From: Planctomycetota bacterium
Lineage (GTDB): Bacteria > Planctomycetota > UBA1135 > UBA2386
Assembly: GCA_965223545.1 (NCBI GenBank)
Contig: OZ245006.1
Span: 1,920,001 to 1,984,000, forward strand
Reading direction: 5' to 3'
DNA length: 64,000 nt
This document shows positions 61,060 through 64,000 of the stretch, in pieces. Within the stretch, counting starts at the first letter, position 1, and each line of letters starts with the position of its first letter. A program made the translations under genes and the position numbers. The notes below the pieces were generated by a model that saw nothing but the letters and a program-made list of their open reading frames with translations, searched no databases and was not told the origin of the DNA.

Positions 61060-61604
61060 TTGGCCGCCGGCCGGAACACCTGCACCCGGTCGGGGTTGCC
61101 CTCCAGATAGGGGCCGCCGATCAGGTCGATGCAGTATGGGATCGCCGGCATGATCGCGTCCAGGCAGACGCGAATGGAGCCGGGCTTGCCGGGCAGGGTG
61201 ACCACCAGACTGCGCTCGATCACCGCCGCGGTCTGCCGCGAGAGGATCGCGGTCGGGACGCCGGCGTCCAGGGACGCGCGCCGCATTTGCTCGCCGAAGC
61301 CCGGCATCATCTTGTCGCACACATTCTCGATCGCTTCGGGCGTCACGTCGCGCGGCGCCGGTCCGGTCCCCCCCGTCGAACAGATCAGCGCGCAGCCTCG
61401 GTCGGCGTAGCCGCGGATCGCCGCGACGATCGCGTCCACCTCGTCGGCCACCACGGTGCGCGAGTACTCGCAGTCGGTGACGAGGTACTCGCGAAGCACC
61501 GCCTCGATCGCGGGCCCGGAGCGATCCTCGTAGTCGCCGCGACTGGCGCGGTCCGACACCGTGAGGATTCCGATCCGCGGCTTCTGCCCTTGCGCGTCGG
61601 CCAT
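61056..61604 (-). CDS. mog: Molybdopterin adenylyltransferase
   Basis: TVSDRASRG, TGGTGPAPRDVTPEA, AILSRQ, LPGKP. Confidence 0.95.
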   Translation of the reverse strand: MADAQGQKPRIGILTVSDRASRGDYEDRSGPAIEAVLREYLVTDCEYSRTVVADEVDAIVAAIRGYADRGCALICSTGGTGPAPRDVTPEAIENVCDKMMPGFGEQMRRASLDAGVPTAILSRQTAAVIERSLVVTLPGKPGSIRVCLDAIMPAIPYCIDLIGGPYLEGNPDRVQVFRPAAK

Positions 61605-61711
61605 GCGCGGATCATCGCGATCCGCGCCGGTGTTTGTAAAGCCCGCTGTCGACGGCCGCGGCCTTGCATGCGAGTCGGGCGTGGCTGACGATGCGGGTGG
61701 AACTCCAGCCC

Positions 61712-62494
61712 ATGAGCGCGACACCGACCCGGCCAGCATCTCCGCCCAAAGGCTATCTCTCCGGGGCGCCCCCTCGCTGGCCGCTGGCCGCGTGCGCGGT
61801 CGTCGCCATCACCGCCGGTGGAGCCTTCGGGCAGAACGACGGCGGCCGCGCCGATCGCACCGCAGCCCTCGAGGGCGACGTGGACCAGCTGCAGCGCGAT
61901 CAACAGCTGGTGATCGACGCGCTCGACCAGGTCACATCACGACTGGACGCGCTGTTGCGGCTGGCGCAGCCGACGCCGGAAGAGACGGCACGGCCGGCGC
62001 CGCAGCCGGTGACGCCGGCCGTCACCAAGCCGGCGGCCACGATCGCCGGCCTGCCGTGGTGGGGCTGGGGCCTGATCGGTTGGAACCTGCTGCTCAGCAT
62101 TGGCTGGCTCGCACGGGGCAGGCGCGGCACCGCGGCAACCGCCGGCGACGACACCGAGCGCGGTGACCCGGAGCGCGGCCTCGAGCACGCCGAGCTGGCC
62201 GCGTTCCACGAGGGACCGTTGGCGTCGCTGGCGGCTACCGCCGCACCCGCGGCGATTGCGGCGGCGGCACCGATCGCCGCGGCCGCTACCGCCGAGCCCG
62301 CGGAGGAAGAGCCCGCGGTGGAGACCACCGCAGCCGAGGCCGCACCCGATACGCCGGCAACGACGGCGACCCCCGAACCCGAAGCCGTCGCCGCCCTGTT
62401 CACCGACGATCTCAGCGACCTCGACCTCGACGACGAGCTGTTCCTGCTCGCCGACGAAGAGGCGCCGGTCGACTTCGACCCGCAGCGGAACTGA
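61712..62494 (+). CDS. Hypothetical membrane protein (coiled coil, TM, acidic tail)
   Basis: Signal-like segment, heptad-like region, WWGWGLIGWNLLLSIGWL, Asp/Glu-rich end; fills the gap between mog and sdhB. Confidence 0.6.
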   Translation: MSATPTRPASPPKGYLSGAPPRWPLAACAVVAITAGGAFGQNDGGRADRTAALEGDVDQLQRDQQLVIDALDQVTSRLDALLRLAQPTPEETARPAPQPVTPAVTKPAATIAGLPWWGWGLIGWNLLLSIGWLARGRRGTAATAGDDTERGDPERGLEHAELAAFHEGPLASLAATAAPAAIAAAAPIAAAATAEPAEEEPAVETTAAEAAPDTPATTATPEPEAVAALFTDDLSDLDLDDELFLLADEEAPVDFDPQRN

Positions 62495-62527
62495 GCGCCG
62501 GGCGCTTGAACGCGGGGCGGCGCGCGG

Positions 62528-63271
62528 TCAACCGCGCTTCTTGCCGCCGCCGAACAGACGCGCAATGGGGTCGAAGTAGCGATCCACGACCCGCTCTTTG
62601 AGCGGGATGATGCCGTTGTCGGTGATGCCGATGTGTTCCGGGCACACCTCGGTGCAGCAGCGCGTGATGTTGCAGTAGCCCGACCCGTACTCCTTGCGCA
62701 CCTCGGGGATGCGGTCGGCGGTGTCGAGCGGATGCATGTCGAGGCCAGCCAAACGGATCATGAACCGCGGCCCGACGAAAGCGGCGTGCTTGTTGTGATC
62801 GCGCAGCACGTGGCAGACGTCCTGGCACAAGAAGCACTCGATGCACTTGCGGAACTCCTGCACGCGGTCGACGTCCAGCTGGTGCATCCGGTGGTTGCCA
62901 TCGGCATCGCGCGCCCTTGGTTGGAACGGCTTGATCCGCTTGTTCTGCTCGAAGTTCCAAGACACGTCCGAGACCAAGTCCTTGATCACCGGAAACGCCT
63001 TCAGCGGCTGCACCGTGATGGTCTCGTCCGGCGAGAACGCGTTCATGCGCGTCATGCAGGAGAGCCGCGGCTTGCCGTTGATCTCCATGCTGCACGAGCC
63101 GCACTTGCCGGCCTTGCAGTTCCAGCGCACGGCCATGTCGCCCGCCTGCTCCGCCTGAATGCGGTGCAGCACGTCGAGCACGACCATGCCCGTCTCCACG
63201 TTGGTCTTGTAGTCCTGAAACTGGCCGCCCGACGCGTCGCCGCGCCAGACGCGAAAGTGTCGCTCAGCCAT
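62528..63271 (-). CDS. sdhB: Succinate dehydrogenase/fumarate reductase iron-sulfur subunit
   Basis: CKAGKCGSC, CIECFLCQDVC, CNITRCCTEVCP. Confidence 0.95.
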   Translation of the reverse strand: MAERHFRVWRGDASGGQFQDYKTNVETGMVVLDVLHRIQAEQAGDMAVRWNCKAGKCGSCSMEINGKPRLSCMTRMNAFSPDETITVQPLKAFPVIKDLVSDVSWNFEQNKRIKPFQPRARDADGNHRMHQLDVDRVQEFRKCIECFLCQDVCHVLRDHNKHAAFVGPRFMIRLAGLDMHPLDTADRIPEVRKEYGSGYCNITRCCTEVCPEHIGITDNGIIPLKERVVDRYFDPIARLFGGGKKRG

Positions 63272-64000
63272 TGCCGCTCTCCAGCTCCTCCAAGGAGGCG
63301 TGCGCGATCGCACCGAGGTCGTCCGGCGGCGCCGGCCGCTCCCACTTCTCGATCTCCATGCCGTCGGCACCCTTGCGAATGATGACGTTGTACTTCAGCC
63401 ACTCGTCGCGCTCACCCTCGTAGTCGAGACGCGTGTGCGCTCCTCGGCTCTCCTGCCGCATCAGCGCGGCCCGGGTGGTGGCTTCCGCCGAGACCAACAG
63501 GTTGCGCAGATCCAAGGCCTCGTGCCAACCCGGGTTGTACTGGCTCGTGGCGTGGGCCTTGACCACCGCGGCGTCTGCCTTGATCGGCTCGAGCTCGTCC
63601 AGGCCGGCGGCCAGGTCCTCCTCGGTGCGAACGATGCCGCAGCGCGCCTCCATGGTCTCCTGCAGCCGCTCGTGCACGACGTACGGGTTGGGACCCGACT
63701 CGCGGTTGAGGATGTCGGTCGCCTCGCGCATCGTCGCGCCGACCTGATCCTCGATGACCTCCGGTGTCGACGTCAGCCCACCGACGTACTCGGCGGCACC
63801 GACGCCGGCCAGCCGACCGAACACCAGCAGGTCGGACAGCGAGTTGCCGCCCAAGCGGTTGGCACCGTGCAGGCCGGCGGCGCACTCGCCGCAGGCGAAC
63901 AGGCCGGGCACGTTGGTCATCTGCGTGGTGGCGTCGACGCGGATGCCACCCATGTAGTAGTGCAGCGTCGGCCCGACCTCCATCGGCTGCGCGGTGATGT
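63264..64000 (-). CDS. sdhA: Succinate dehydrogenase/fumarate reductase flavoprotein subunit (3' part)
   Basis: HYYMGG, LHGANRLGGNSL, RQESRGAH; runs off the window. Confidence 0.95.
   Translation of the reverse strand, partial: ITAQPMEVGPTLHYYMGGIRVDATTQMTNVPGLFACGECAAGLHGANRLGGNSLSDLLVFGRLAGVGAAEYVGGLTSTPEVIEDQVGATMREATDILNRESGPNPYVVHERLQETMEARCGIVRTEEDLAAGLDELEPIKADAAVVKAHATSQYNPGWHEALDLRNLLVSAEATTRAALMRQESRGAHTRLDYEGERDEWLKYNVIIRKGADGMEIEKWERPAPPDDLGAIAHASLEELESGNG

Overview
High-GC bacterial window. The gene repertoire (ECF sigma factor with a large C-terminal extension, TPR Ser/Thr kinase, carboxypeptidase-regulatory-like and FG-GAP proteins) suggests an uncultured Planctomycetota lineage; this is an inference. 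About 7.7-18.9 kb is a visibly less GC-rich accessory island. It holds a decayed Rep/transposase-like gene, an IS630 remnant, two IS66 elements with exact ends and 8-bp target duplications, and a GntR gene split across both strands. Its best candidate for an undescribed system is a compact four-gene operon (9492-13590): a radical SAM/SPASM enzyme, a degenerate SPASM-like partner, a membrane-anchored protein, and a 227-aa twin-arginine protein in which 20 of 21 cysteines sit in N-x-C motifs (a putative thioether-crosslinked, exported protein or RiPP). The rest is largely housekeeping: a metal-uptake operon behind a CxxC/RGPP upstream ORF, tkt, TDO, fbp, nucleoside salvage (NupC with a propeller-like insertion, PNP, deoA, deoC, two ALDH), fdhD, ispG, a FixJ-like regulator, a PLP decarboxylase/AMP-ligase pair, an ACP-like/saccharopine dehydrogenase fusion, secreted proteins bracketed by a 29-bp inverted repeat, thpR, mog and sdhBA. 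No rRNA, tRNA or CRISPR array was seen. Family assignments come from motif recognition by eye, not database searches.
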